From the NCBI GenBank assembly GCA_001000675.1, contig LCHW01000002.1, positions 69,310 through 133,309 of the forward strand: a stretch of DNA of 64,000 nt. Direction: 5' to 3'. This DNA is from Candidatus Wolfebacteria bacterium GW2011_GWE2_44_13. GTDB taxonomy: Bacteria > Patescibacteriota > Minisyncoccia > UBA6257 > UBA9933. Shown here one piece after another: positions 44,516-55,231 of the stretch. The translations under genes and the position numbers were made by a program. The first letter of the stretch is position 1, and each line of letters starts with the position of its first letter. A model generated the notes under the pieces. It worked only from the letters and a program-made list of their open reading frames with translations. It had not been told where the DNA came from and searched no databases.

Positions 44516-44561
44516 CGAGTACGTAATAAGTGCCGATTAAGTTTTTTAAACGAATTTTACT

Positions 44562-45305
44562 ATGTTCTATATTTTTAACACCTACCTCTATCAGCCGCTC
44601 TTCAACGCACTAATCTTCCTATATGATAAGTTTTCTTTTGGCGATCTCGGTATCGCTATTATCGTATTGACAGTGCTTGTGCGCATCGTGCTATACCCAT
44701 TTTTCTATAAAGGAGCACGCGATCAGGCAGTGATGCAAAAGATTGCACCAACCATAAAGGATCTACAAAAAAAGCATAAAGACGACAAGCAAAAGCAGGT
44801 TAACGAGATGATGGCATTGTATAAGGAACATAAAGTGAATCCATTTTCCGCCTTCTTCCTATTGCTTGTAGTGCAGCTACCGATTTTACTTGCGATGTAT
44901 AAGGTATTCACGACTGGGCTTAAGACGATGCCACAGGAATTGCTGTATTCATTTGTTCCCCATGTGGATGCATTGAATTTCTCATTCATCGGGCTTATCG
45001 ATTTATCAGAGAAGAACGTATTATTGATTCTTCTTACTGCAATAGCGCAATATTATCAGGCAAAGCTTACGATTCCGAAGAGTAACAAAGCGTTCAAGGA
45101 TCTTGAAATGGCAGAGATGATGGGGCGGCAGATGATGTACATGGGGCCAATATTGACGGTTGTGGTATTAATGACCATGCCATCAGCGATTGCGTTGTAC
45201 TGGCTTACGACAACCTTGTTTTCCGTCGGACAACAGGTCATAATCAATAAAAAGATTAACATCGTTAAAGATCATGGAAAACTTGTCGTTACCGGAGATA
45301 ATTAA
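44562..45305 (+). CDS. yidC: Membrane protein insertase YidC/Oxa1, short form.
   Basis: Five TM segments and a conserved charged residue in TM1 (GIAIIVLTVLVRIVLYPF). 247 aa. Confidence 0.8.
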   Translation: MFYIFNTYLYQPLFNALIFLYDKFSFGDLGIAIIVLTVLVRIVLYPFFYKGARDQAVMQKIAPTIKDLQKKHKDDKQKQVNEMMALYKEHKVNPFSAFFLLLVVQLPILLAMYKVFTTGLKTMPQELLYSFVPHVDALNFSFIGLIDLSEKNVLLILLTAIAQYYQAKLTIPKSNKAFKDLEMAEMMGRQMMYMGPILTVVVLMTMPSAIALYWLTTTLFSVGQQVIINKKINIVKDHGKLVVTGDN

Positions 45306-45708
45306 AGGGCTAATCGAAAAGATGGGATTTCGCGATTATTCGGTCAGCTATGACGAAGAAGCACGACGATTTAGTATCCTTATTGAAGATGCACAGTTTC
45401 TCGAGAAGAGCTTGGCAAATTTTATTGCCGACCTTAACTATCTTGTAAAGTTAGTTACAAAGAAGTATGACTGGGCTCCCATTACGATCGATGTAAATAA
45501 TTATAGAAAGAAGCGAGAAGAGCTTATCGTTGAATTGGCAAAAGCTGCAGCAAGAAAAGTAGCCGCAACACAACAAGAAATCGTACTGCCTTCAATGAAT
45601 GCGTACGAACGCCGATTGATTCACGCAGAGCTTGCAGAGCGCCCAGACCTTAAAACAGAAAGTAAGGGAGAAGGAAAAGAACGCGCAGTAGTTATAAAAC
45701 CGTTATAA
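45274..45708 (+). CDS. jag: Jag/KhpB RNA-binding protein (Jag-N plus R3H domains).
   Basis: A Jag_N-like N-terminus and an R3H-type C-terminus ...ERRLIHAELAE...GEGKERAVVIKPL. Typical yidC-jag pair. The start may be the downstream ATG at 45319. Confidence 0.7.
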   Translation: MENLSLPEIIKGLIEKMGFRDYSVSYDEEARRFSILIEDAQFLEKSLANFIADLNYLVKLVTKKYDWAPITIDVNNYRKKREELIVELAKAAARKVAATQQEIVLPSMNAYERRLIHAELAERPDLKTESKGEGKERAVVIKPL

Positions 45709-45770
45709 ACATTAAAATGCCCCTGTGGGCATTTTTGGTTTTACGTAATCTTTTACGATAGAATAATACT

Positions 45771-47318
45771 ATGGAACGGCTAACTAAAATAGAAAAACAA
45801 TTTTCAAAACAAGAGTCGGCGGCGGAGCGTGCTACTCTTGCAGAACAGGTTCAAGAAAAAAGGGCGGCTTATTTTGCCCAAAAACGGGAGCAGGAAATGC
45901 GCAATGAGCAAGTTGCAGAAGTGGTGAAAGATGTCGAAGGGCTGCAAAAAAAGATAGAGGCGCATCATGCGAGTGGATTTTTCGAAAAGATAAAGAACGT
46001 AATTGCAATCAAAAAAGTAGAAGCAGAGCTGCGGGAAAAGTCGGGAGAAAAGACGACGTTGGAAGAGGCACTTGCAAAGCCAATGCCAGGAGCGAAGGGA
46101 ATGGAAGAGGCGCGTGAAATGCTGTCTAGTTTTTATCAACAAGAAAAACAAAAATGGGCAGAAGCGCCCTATTCAAAAGAAGACATTGCGAGCCTGTTTA
46201 GCGAAGAGCATTTAGCAAGTCTTTCCTTGGAGGATTATGCGGCGTTGCTGCGACGATTCCCCGGTGAAATGGTGACGCATGTGACGCGCCAAGGAGTGCG
46301 CGATCATGTTGGAATGTACGAGCATATGGCAGGGATGGGAGAGATGCATAATGGATTTAAAGGCATTACACAATCAGGGAGACTTACGACGCGGTTGGGA
46401 GCGGCGATGATGGAAGCACGGACCGCGCATGATATTTGCGAAGCGCTTAATGGTGGAAAGCCTGTAGTAACGGGAAGGGACGTTATGGGCAAACATATGG
46501 TGGAGTCTACAAGTCCGCAAGTATTAGTGGCGCGATTGCGTGGGTACACCGATAGGGCAAAAGAGTTTCACGATTCGACCGCTATTCACCTGGCAATGGG
46601 GAAAGTGCTTGACGAGATTTATGGCGGCGAGCGTGGTAACGAAGTGTTCATTGCGTACCCGGCTGCACATGTTGCATCTCAATATAATTTCTTGAATATT
46701 CAAGGAAAAGGAGTAACAAAAGCGCCGGACGACGATCGGTATAACGATCTGTATGTATGGGCGGAAAATGAATGGAAGGGGATGAATATAGATGCGGGTA
46801 TTGTATTTTTACCCAGTGGTGTGCAGGTAGATAAAATATCCGGTTCGCAATTCGCGCTTGACGAACAAGGCATGCCAATCGAGCGAGAATTTGAAGAGGG
46901 AGAAGATACAGTGAATAGACGTGTATATAAGAGGTCAGAACAGATAGTGGACTCAAAAGAATATTGGGAGGCATATTTTGCAGAACATCCCAACAACCGT
47001 CCATCAAAGATTATATATTATGATGGGCGCATGACACCGACCGAGGCGCTTTGGGAATGGAAAGGAAAAAATGGAATTGTAGATAAGGCGCAAGCGGCAA
47101 CGCTTGGGTTTGATGAATATGAATTGCATGAATTTGATCGGCCAGGCGCCGAAGAAGCTGCATTGCATTTTTATCGAACTGCGGTTGATGCACTAGTAAG
47201 GGAGTATGGGATGGGTATTATGTTGCCGTGTTTTGATCACCAAGTATTTACGAAGCCACAAGATGAATGGCAAAATTCTATCAATGACATGTATAAAGAA
47301 GATGGGATGAAGTGGTAA
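45771..47318 (+). CDS. Hypothetical 515-aa protein, GC-rich. Apparently inserted between jag and its original terminator.
   Basis: Long ORF with distinct composition. A relic jag 3'-end copy lies immediately downstream. Confidence 0.5.
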   Translation: MERLTKIEKQFSKQESAAERATLAEQVQEKRAAYFAQKREQEMRNEQVAEVVKDVEGLQKKIEAHHASGFFEKIKNVIAIKKVEAELREKSGEKTTLEEALAKPMPGAKGMEEAREMLSSFYQQEKQKWAEAPYSKEDIASLFSEEHLASLSLEDYAALLRRFPGEMVTHVTRQGVRDHVGMYEHMAGMGEMHNGFKGITQSGRLTTRLGAAMMEARTAHDICEALNGGKPVVTGRDVMGKHMVESTSPQVLVARLRGYTDRAKEFHDSTAIHLAMGKVLDEIYGGERGNEVFIAYPAAHVASQYNFLNIQGKGVTKAPDDDRYNDLYVWAENEWKGMNIDAGIVFLPSGVQVDKISGSQFALDEQGMPIEREFEEGEDTVNRRVYKRSEQIVDSKEYWEAYFAEHPNNRPSKIIYYDGRMTPTEALWEWKGKNGIVDKAQAATLGFDEYELHEFDRPGAEEAALHFYRTAVDALVREYGMGIMLPCFDHQVFTKPQDEWQNSINDMYKEDGMKW

Positions 47319-47320
47319 TA

Positions 47321-47380
47321 ATGCAAAGCCAAAGGGGCGGAAGCGGGAAAGAACGAGCAGTTGTTATTAAGCCATTATAA
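47321..47380 (+). pseudogene. Relic duplicate of the jag 3' end (encodes MQSQRGGSGKERAVVIKPL*), followed by terminator 47380..47413.
   Basis: The 13 C-terminal codons translate identically to the jag C-terminus (GxGKERAVVIKPL*). DNA identity is roughly 75-80%. Confidence 0.6.
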
Positions 47381-47499
47381 AAAAAGAACCGCCTTTATGC
47401 GGTTCTTTTTTTATAAATACGCAAGAGATATTCGTAATGCGAGTAGATTTATTGTACAATAGCTTTATTAAAAGCATGGTAACAGTAACATATAAAAAT

Positions 47500-49629
47500 A
47501 TGAAGCGTATTAAATTTTTTTTACTAGCAGTTTTATTACTGGCAGCAACGGGACAATCCACGCAAGCTGCGACTACAGAGGAATTGCAAAATCAGCTTGC
47601 ACAATTAATGGCACAACTGAGTGCATTGCAAGCACAAGTATCGACACCAAGCCAAGGATATGTGTTTGAGAGAAATCTTAAAATAGGTATGCGTGGTACC
47701 GACGTGCAAAAGTTGCAAGAGTTTTTAGTGGAGCAAAAATATTTGAAATTAACTAATACAACAACGTATTTTGGTACACAGACGAAGGCGGCGCTTATCG
47801 CGTGGCAAAAAGCAAAAAATATTTCTCCAGCAATAGGATTTTTCGGGCCGCTTACTCGGGCAAAGATGAATGCGCTATTGGCTGCCGTAGTACCCGCTAC
47901 ACCATCATCCGCAATAATGACAGGCTCTTCTGTTGCAATTAAATTTGCGAGTACGGGGGTGCGAAGAGTAAATGTTTATTTGTGTGATTTGCAAAATAAT
48001 TGCAATACGGTTATCGCAGCAAATATCGCAGTGGTTTCAGGGGATAATACAGTTACGTGGGCAGTTCCTGCAAATATTGTTGCAGGAGCATATAAAATAA
48101 AGGTAGAAGATGTTGCGAATTCGAGTTGGGTAGTATACGCGGAAGTGCCTTTAGTTAAGCCAGTTGCGACTGCAACGTCGACTCCTCCTGCAACACAGCC
48201 GACGATAGTTGCTATCTCGTTACAAACGCCAGTAGCGACGAAAGCGGGAGCATCGCTTGCTATTAAATTTGCAAATAACAATGCAAAGAATGTGAGTATC
48301 TCGCTTTGCTCGGATAGCACGTATTGCGATGTAGTTGTTGCGTCGCGATACGCAGTTACCGATGGTGCTAATAGTGTTTCATGGACGATCCCAAGTGCCA
48401 CACTTGCGAGGGAATATTTCGTTAGAATAAAGGATGCTGATGATGTGAATAGTGCCGAATTTAATAGTGGTCGGTTTGCTATTACAGCAGCTACCACCGT
48501 CGTACCGCCAACATCGGCAACATTTTCAGTACAAACGCCCGTGGCAACGAAAGCTGGTGAAGTGCTCTCAGTCGTATTTACAAGCAGTAAAGCGCGAAAC
48601 GCAAGCGTATCATTGTGCGTAGATGCGCAGAATTGTAGCATAGTGCTTGCGCCAAGAGTCTCCGTCGCATTCGGCACAAATAACTTTAAGTGGACGATTC
48701 CAAGTACCACTCCTGCGAAACAGTACTTTATAAAGATAAAAGATGCCGACAATGTAAATGATCCTATTGGGGCAAGTGGGTTGTTTTCAATTACGTTATC
48801 AGGAGCGCCAACTTCAACAACGCCCATTGCAACAACCTCTTCAATAATTGAGGTGGATACACCCCTTGCTGCCTATGTTGGTAGCCCACTTAACATAAAC
48901 TTTACGAGTGCAAATATACGAAATGTGAGTATTGTACTATGTTCCAATAGTGCGACGTGCGCCATAACAGCAGCTTCAAACTTTGCAGTGGTTGTTGACG
49001 GCTTCAATACATATGCATGGGCAGTTCCAACGACAACAAGTGTAGGTCAGTATTTTATAAAAATGAAAGATGTTAATAGTGCGAGTGGCGAAGAGTTTTT
49101 GAGCGATGTCTTTACGATAGGGGCTGCCATACCAGTACCATCAATTACAATAACACAGCCAGCGAATGTAGTTGTAGAAGGAACGTTGATTGTGAAGTTT
49201 ACTACAAGCAATATTGGTAGTGTGGATGTGTACCTTTGTCCAAGTAAGACCCAGTGCGGGAATGCAATAGAAAATGGGCTTCCTACTACGGATGGGGTTA
49301 ATACATTTAAATGGGTAGTCCCAACATCAACAACCCCAGGGGCATATTATATAAAAGTGGCTAAAGCAGGAAGTGTAACTGCGTATACGTTAACAGCAAA
49401 CACATTTTCAATTGTGGCAGCTCCAGTGGCACGCGTATGTCGTGATGTGAGTGGACTAAGTGAATTATATACAGTGTGTGACGAATCAGAGGAAGCAGTT
49501 TCGGGGCGGTGCGTTCTTTCAAAGGCCCCGTATAGAAGCTTCCCTGGAATTCCTACAATATATGAGAATGGAATGGGTATTATTTGTGGCCAATCGGTGG
49601 TATGGGTCGAGCTTCGATGTTGTAAATAA
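47500..49629 (+). CDS. Secreted/anchored surface protein: signal anchor, coiled coil, peptidoglycan-binding-like domain, six ~95-aa Cys-pair Ig-like tandem repeats and a Cys-rich C-terminal module.
   Basis: MKRIKFFLLAVLLLAATGQSTQA signal, a PG_binding_1-like segment (LKIGMRGTDVQKLQEFLVEQKYL) and six repeats of the form ...V.IKF....ARNVSV.LC.D...C..V.A....V..G.N...W.VP.....Y..KV.D. Start set at ATG 47500. Confidence 0.6.
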   Translation: MKRIKFFLLAVLLLAATGQSTQAATTEELQNQLAQLMAQLSALQAQVSTPSQGYVFERNLKIGMRGTDVQKLQEFLVEQKYLKLTNTTTYFGTQTKAALIAWQKAKNISPAIGFFGPLTRAKMNALLAAVVPATPSSAIMTGSSVAIKFASTGVRRVNVYLCDLQNNCNTVIAANIAVVSGDNTVTWAVPANIVAGAYKIKVEDVANSSWVVYAEVPLVKPVATATSTPPATQPTIVAISLQTPVATKAGASLAIKFANNNAKNVSISLCSDSTYCDVVVASRYAVTDGANSVSWTIPSATLAREYFVRIKDADDVNSAEFNSGRFAITAATTVVPPTSATFSVQTPVATKAGEVLSVVFTSSKARNASVSLCVDAQNCSIVLAPRVSVAFGTNNFKWTIPSTTPAKQYFIKIKDADNVNDPIGASGLFSITLSGAPTSTTPIATTSSIIEVDTPLAAYVGSPLNINFTSANIRNVSIVLCSNSATCAITAASNFAVVVDGFNTYAWAVPTTTSVGQYFIKMKDVNSASGEEFLSDVFTIGAAIPVPSITITQPANVVVEGTLIVKFTTSNIGSVDVYLCPSKTQCGNAIENGLPTTDGVNTFKWVVPTSTTPGAYYIKVAKAGSVTAYTLTANTFSIVAAPVARVCRDVSGLSELYTVCDESEEAVSGRCVLSKAPYRSFPGIPTIYENGMGIICGQSVVWVELRCCK

Positions 49630-49697
49630 AATACATAAAAATCCGTACGCCTTGGGCGTACGGATTTTTTGCGCTCGCTATCGAGCCGGTGCGCTTT

Positions 49698-51848
49698 TTA
49701 CAATTCTCCCCAATTGTCGCCAATTTCCAAATTCACCGTTAAGGGAACGTTAAGTGTATAGATAGATTCCATAATATCTTTAATTTCCGTAACAGTAGCT
49801 AGTAATCGATCGGTATCTTTAATTTCAAAAACAAGTTCATCGTGAATAGTAAGCAGCATCTTCACATCCGTACCCCAGATGCCCTTGCTAGAAAAATGTT
49901 CCTTAACTTTTACCATAGCAGATTTTATGATATCCGCGGCAACGCTTTGAATAGGAAAATTGATTGCCATACGCTCAGCCTCAGACTGAAGCATTTTATT
50001 GAACGACATAATTTCAGGAAGTGGGCGCATGCGTCCATTGATGTTTTCGACAAATCCTTGCGTGCGCACGGTCGCGAGTATCGTCTCTTGCCATTGCTTA
50101 ATAGTAGAAAAGTCTGAAAAGTATTCATCGATAAATAACTTTGCTTCCTTAGGGGTAAGGCCACTTTGTTGTGCGAGTGCACGAGCGCCCATACCGTAGA
50201 TCACGCCAAAGTTAAGTGTCTTGGCCACCTTGCGCATTACTGGAGTAACTTCTTCAAGGGAAACGTTATAAATTTTGCTCGCAGTGATTTGGTGAATATC
50301 CGCATTACTCTTGAATGCGCGTAACATTTCAGGATCTTCAGTAAGAGAAGCGAGAATGCGTAATTCGATTTGCGAGTAGTCGAGTGAAACAAGCTTATAG
50401 CCAGAGGAGGCGACGAATATTTCTCGTATCGATGGCGGAATATTTTGCAAGTTTGGATGCTCGCAGGTGATGCGTCCAGTTGCTGCCTTGAGCTGTACAA
50501 ATGTCGGATGAATGCGAGTATCTAATTCGCTCATGCGTTTGATCGGCTCAAGATACGTAGACTTTAATTTAAAAAGTTCACGATACTTAAGAATAAGATC
50601 AATAAATGGAACCGTAGAGCGAAATTGCTCAATTTTATCAATATTTGTCGACTTAATTTTAAGCTTGTACGTAGTCTTAAGTATTTCAAGAAGCTGCTTT
50701 GGAGAATTCGGATTAAAGACATGTCCTGCTTCTCGATACAACTCTTTCACAAGCGCATCAATATCGCGATCAAGAATAACTTCCTTTTCGGCAAGGCGCG
50801 TTCGATCGATCATGATGCCATATTGGTTCATTTCTTCGAGAATAGAAACGAGCGGGAGTTCAACATCATCGAGGAGTTGTTGCGAAAGGGTTGGCTGCGA
50901 AGTGAGAGAAAAAAGTTGCCCTTGGTTTTCTTGTGCTTTTTGTCGTGCAACACGAATTTCATTTTCCGCAGGAACGAGCCGTTTAAGAATACTCGTAAAG
51001 CCCATGTCTTTGAGGTAGGGGATAACGGTTTCAGTAGGAAACGCAGTGTAGGCAATTTCAGAAATAGATTGGATACCAATCGGTGCATCGCGACGAATAG
51101 TGGCGAGCGTTTTTGAAAGCAAGGCAATTTCTTCGTGTTCAATAAGCTTCTTATAGGAAAGCATCTTCTTTCCTGCGTCATCGGAAACCTTAATAGTCGC
51201 AAAAAAGTTTTCTAGTGAACCAAACTCTTGAATGATACCGCTTGCAGTCTTTGGGCCAACGCCGCGAACACCAGAAATATTGTCCGATGCATCGCCAACA
51301 AGGCCTTTGTAATCGGCTAGTTGCGAAGGAGAAATGCCATAACGAGCAACTACAGCAGTCTCGTCGTACGTAATCGTTTCAGAGATACCCTGTTTAAGTG
51401 TTTCAACAACTACTTTATTTCCTTCGACGAGTTGTAGTGCGTCAAGATCGCCCGTAAGAACAACAACCTGCACATCTTTTTCGCCTTTAAATTGTTCTGC
51501 GGCTGTGCCAATTAAATCATCACCTTCGAATCCAGGAATTTCGTAGGTCTTTACGCCGAAGACATCAAATAAGTGGTGCGCCTCGATAATTTGGGAAATA
51601 AGCTCGTCGGGAGCTTTCGGGCGATGTGCTTTATACTCCGCATACATTTCCTTGCGGAAGGTCGGCTCAGGGCGGTCAAAAAAAGCAACGGCATATTCAG
51701 GATGTTCTTCCTTGAATATCTTAATAAGAACGTTGGTTAGACCATAGAGCGCTCCACTTGGGCGTCCATCAGGAGTAGTTAAGTTCGGAATTGCATGAAA
51801 TGCGCGATGAATAAGTGCATTTGCATCAATAAGCAGAAGTTTCTTCAT
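49698..51848 (-). CDS. polA: DNA polymerase I, 5'-3' exonuclease plus polymerase domains. No 3'-5' exonuclease domain (716 aa).
   Basis: N-terminal 5'-nuclease motifs (LLLIDANALIHRAFHA...GFEGDDLIGT). C-terminal pol A motifs (DYSQIELRILA, motif B RRxAKxxNFGxxYG, HDE). Confidence 0.88.
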   Translation of the reverse strand: MKKLLLIDANALIHRAFHAIPNLTTPDGRPSGALYGLTNVLIKIFKEEHPEYAVAFFDRPEPTFRKEMYAEYKAHRPKAPDELISQIIEAHHLFDVFGVKTYEIPGFEGDDLIGTAAEQFKGEKDVQVVVLTGDLDALQLVEGNKVVVETLKQGISETITYDETAVVARYGISPSQLADYKGLVGDASDNISGVRGVGPKTASGIIQEFGSLENFFATIKVSDDAGKKMLSYKKLIEHEEIALLSKTLATIRRDAPIGIQSISEIAYTAFPTETVIPYLKDMGFTSILKRLVPAENEIRVARQKAQENQGQLFSLTSQPTLSQQLLDDVELPLVSILEEMNQYGIMIDRTRLAEKEVILDRDIDALVKELYREAGHVFNPNSPKQLLEILKTTYKLKIKSTNIDKIEQFRSTVPFIDLILKYRELFKLKSTYLEPIKRMSELDTRIHPTFVQLKAATGRITCEHPNLQNIPPSIREIFVASSGYKLVSLDYSQIELRILASLTEDPEMLRAFKSNADIHQITASKIYNVSLEEVTPVMRKVAKTLNFGVIYGMGARALAQQSGLTPKEAKLFIDEYFSDFSTIKQWQETILATVRTQGFVENINGRMRPLPEIMSFNKMLQSEAERMAINFPIQSVAADIIKSAMVKVKEHFSSKGIWGTDVKMLLTIHDELVFEIKDTDRLLATVTEIKDIMESIYTLNVPLTVNLEIGDNWGEL

Positions 51849-51917
51849 AAAAGAAGTATACCATATTTATCGAGAGCAATTATCTGTTTTGTGATTGTGT
51901 GATACAATAGTTATATT

Positions 51918-53831
51918 ATGAAATCAACGCGCGGTTTCTCATTACTCGAAACATTACTTTATATCGCTATCTTCGCCATCGTAGGGGGATCACTTTTCGG
52001 AATTCTTACAAACGTAGTGCGTGTTTCTACGACACAAGTATCCAACGATGAAGTTACGAGCCAATTACAATTCGCAATGGAAACAGTCACACGATTAGTG
52101 CGTGAATCATCTGCAATTGAAATTGCAACCACAACCGCAACAACCACGTTAAAGTTGCGCATGGCTAATCCATTAAAAGACCCAACTTGCATCAGCTTGT
52201 CAGGAGGCGTGTTAAAGCTTGCAGAAGGGCCCGATGCATTTCAGGCACAAAATTGTACTGCCGCGACAACTAACATAACGACAGATAACATTGTTGTGGA
52301 CACTGCATTTTTCAAACGCATTGAATTCCCGGGCGGACACGACCAGGTTGCTGTTGATTTACAGTTTTCTAATTTAGGGACAGGAGCGGGAAAGATATCT
52401 CGCGCATTGCGTTCGGGTATTTCACGTGTTTCTGCAGCAACGTTCGATTCCGACTTATTGCCAAGCACGGACAATAATTATGAAATCGGATTTTCTGGTA
52501 CAAAACGCTGGAAGAATATTTCTGTTTCAAATGTTCTAAATCTCGGCGTCATTGCAAGCGACCCAAGCGGAATTGATGGGTCTGTGTACTACAACTCAAC
52601 GAGCAAGACCTTTCGTGGTAAGGCGAACGGCGCATGGAGCGACCTAGGTTCTTCGCTGTGGATTTCTTCGGGCACAAATATGTATTCCAATGTGACGGGT
52701 AATACGGGGGTTGGGACGCTGGCGCCGGCGTATAAATTTGATGTTACCGGAGACGTTCGTTTGGATGGAAATATCGGCATAGCAAGTTCAACACCAAGCA
52801 CTACAAGAGCAATAAACATCGGCAAGACATATAGTGACACAACGGGGTATGGAATATACAACGCAACAACGATAACAGGAGCGCTAACAGCCGCAAGGAG
52901 TGGCTATGGAATGTATAACATACTTACTAGTACTGCCGACAATACTGCATTTGCAAACACCTTGTATGGAACATATAGCTTGGTAAGTAACTCGAGCGGA
53001 ACGGGTTATAACACGGGCTATGGTTCGTATAACAGGATAAATAATAATGATACAACGCTCACGAACGCAAGCTCCTACGGAGGGTATGACTATGTAAGCA
53101 ATGCATCAACTGGCATTCTTACGAATGCGTACGGCAACAATGGGCTTGTGGTTAATGAAACAACGGGAAGTATAGGAACAGCTCGCGGAGTGTATGGGTA
53201 TGTGCGAAACGACCAAGGGACAATAACAACGGCTCGGGCCGTGGACGGGACGGTTTCGCAAAGCGTGGCGGGGGGTACGATAACAACCGGCGTTGGGGGC
53301 TATTTTGACGTGAATCTTACAGCGGGCACACTTACGACTGGCTATGGCGTTTACATTGCGAGCATTGCGGGAACAACGAACTACGGCATATATCAGTCCG
53401 ACAGTACGAATAAGAATTATTTTGCGGGCAACGTCGGTATAGGAACAACAGCGCCAGGGCAAAAGTTATCAGTTGCGGGGACGGTTGAGTCAACTTCGGG
53501 AGGGTTTAAGTTTCCCGATGGGACAACACAAACGAAGGCGATAGAGCGTTCTGTGGTATGCCCGTTCTCGACGGCCAATAGTTGTAATTTTCAGCCGAAT
53601 GAAGGGGTATATTATTTAGCACTTAAGAAGACTGGGCTTTCATATATATGCACAATGAAAAGAGTGGACTATCTTGAAATGATCAACTTTAATGCATGTG
53701 CCGGATATGATTGGAGGTATAATCAAGATGTCGCAAAGCTACAACTATCTTCAGACAATGGATCCTCGTGGTCTAATGCGGGAGTAACATGGGAGTGGGC
53801 GATATATTATGAGCCATATGATTTTCTATAA
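51918..53831 (+). CDS. Type IV pilin-like protein with a large fibre-like C-terminal domain (pilus-associated adhesin candidate).
   Basis: Prepilin leader/cleavage motif MKSTRG|FSLLETLLYIAIFAIVGG. ~600 aa Gly/Thr/Asn/Tyr-rich repeats including GNVGIGTTAPGQKLSVAG, a motif shared with 55232..57319. Confidence 0.6.
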   Translation: MKSTRGFSLLETLLYIAIFAIVGGSLFGILTNVVRVSTTQVSNDEVTSQLQFAMETVTRLVRESSAIEIATTTATTTLKLRMANPLKDPTCISLSGGVLKLAEGPDAFQAQNCTAATTNITTDNIVVDTAFFKRIEFPGGHDQVAVDLQFSNLGTGAGKISRALRSGISRVSAATFDSDLLPSTDNNYEIGFSGTKRWKNISVSNVLNLGVIASDPSGIDGSVYYNSTSKTFRGKANGAWSDLGSSLWISSGTNMYSNVTGNTGVGTLAPAYKFDVTGDVRLDGNIGIASSTPSTTRAINIGKTYSDTTGYGIYNATTITGALTAARSGYGMYNILTSTADNTAFANTLYGTYSLVSNSSGTGYNTGYGSYNRINNNDTTLTNASSYGGYDYVSNASTGILTNAYGNNGLVVNETTGSIGTARGVYGYVRNDQGTITTARAVDGTVSQSVAGGTITTGVGGYFDVNLTAGTLTTGYGVYIASIAGTTNYGIYQSDSTNKNYFAGNVGIGTTAPGQKLSVAGTVESTSGGFKFPDGTTQTKAIERSVVCPFSTANSCNFQPNEGVYYLALKKTGLSYICTMKRVDYLEMINFNACAGYDWRYNQDVAKLQLSSDNGSSWSNAGVTWEWAIYYEPYDFL

Positions 53832-53937
53832 ATAGAAAGACAACGCGCGAGGAATTTCTAAAAATACAAAACCGCATGCATTTTGCATGCGGTTTTGATA
53901 TAATGGAGGAAAAGCGGGAATACCGCATATCACCTAT

Positions 53938-55167
53938 ATGAAGATACACGATATCATAATCAACATAATAAAGGATTCTCGAGGGCAAGATACGCTTGAA
54001 GCGACCATGTCTTGGGATAATAACGGGCAAAGTATGTCCGCAAGTGCGAGTGCTCCGAGTGGAAAGAGCACAGGATCACATGAAGCGTTTGTACTTGAGC
54101 CAGCCAAGGCGCAGGGAATGTTTGCAAGTATTAAGCAGGATGTGCTTGCTAAAGAATTTGCAGATCAAAAAGAATTTGATGAGTTCTTGATTACACTCGA
54201 CGGAACAGAAAACAAGAGCCGCCTTGGAGGTAATCTTATTCTGGTGTTGTCGTTGGCGTTTGCGCATATAAAGGCACAGCAGGAAGGAAAGGAACTGTTT
54301 CGTTATATCCGCGATATTAGCGGGTTGGAAATAGTAGGAACGCGCATGGTGCGCTATCCAATCTTCAATGTTATTAATGGGGGAGCACATGCAAACAATA
54401 AGCTCGACTTTCAAGAGTTTCAGGTTATTCCGATGGTGGAGAGTTTTGCAGAGGCGCTACGGATAGGAAAAGAATTTTATGAAAAGTTAGGTGAAGCAAT
54501 CCGGCAGAAATTTGGTGCAGAGAATGTCACGCTCGGAGACGAAGCAGGATATTCAGCACCGTTTGAAAGCAACGAAGAAGCAATTGCATTGATGAAGTCG
54601 GTAATCGCGGCAAATAATTACCCATTGCGCATTGGTCTTGATGTTGCAGCGACTGGATTTTTCCAAGACGGAGGATATATGGTAGAAGGAAAGCGCATTT
54701 CGGCACAGGAGCTATTGGGCATGCACTACGACCTAATATTCCGCTATAATATTCTGTCACTCGAAGATCCGTTTGAAGAGGAAGCATTTGGAGATTTTAA
54801 GACACTGTATACACGCATAAACCAAGGCAATTTGGACGCGATGCTTATAACAGATGATCTCACGACTACAAATCATACACGGCTTGAGCGGGCTATTACC
54901 GAACAGGTTGGAAACACAATCCTAATCAAGTTGAACCAAATTGGTTCGTTAACCGAAACGTTGCGGGTTATCCGCATGGCATATAGCAACAACTGGAAAG
55001 TTGTTGTTTCTCATCGCAGCGGAGAAACAATGGACGACTTCATCGCAGACCTTGCGGTGGCTGTGGGTGCATGGGGCTTGAAGTCGGGCGCACCAGGCAA
55101 GCCAGAGCGTCTTGTAAAATACGATCGCGTTATCGCAATCGAAGAAATGATTAAGCAGGGAAAGTAA
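53938..55167 (+). CDS. eno: Enolase (phosphopyruvate hydratase), divergent.
   Basis: SGKSTGSHEA..., SHRSGETMD and IKLNQIGSLTET motifs. 409 aa. Confidence 0.8.
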   Translation: MKIHDIIINIIKDSRGQDTLEATMSWDNNGQSMSASASAPSGKSTGSHEAFVLEPAKAQGMFASIKQDVLAKEFADQKEFDEFLITLDGTENKSRLGGNLILVLSLAFAHIKAQQEGKELFRYIRDISGLEIVGTRMVRYPIFNVINGGAHANNKLDFQEFQVIPMVESFAEALRIGKEFYEKLGEAIRQKFGAENVTLGDEAGYSAPFESNEEAIALMKSVIAANNYPLRIGLDVAATGFFQDGGYMVEGKRISAQELLGMHYDLIFRYNILSLEDPFEEEAFGDFKTLYTRINQGNLDAMLITDDLTTTNHTRLERAITEQVGNTILIKLNQIGSLTETLRVIRMAYSNNWKVVVSHRSGETMDDFIADLAVAVGAWGLKSGAPGKPERLVKYDRVIAIEEMIKQGK

Positions 55168-55231
55168 AAGTAATTTAAAATAGCCCGTCAGCATGCTGAC
55201 GGGCTATTTTTATTGTGATATACTTATACAC

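Noticed and set aside
47976-48827. 283-aa minus-strand ORF inside the repeat surface-protein gene
   Set aside because: It is antisense to tandem repeats and open only because of repeat-driven codon bias. The plus strand has the signal peptide, domain logic and terminator.
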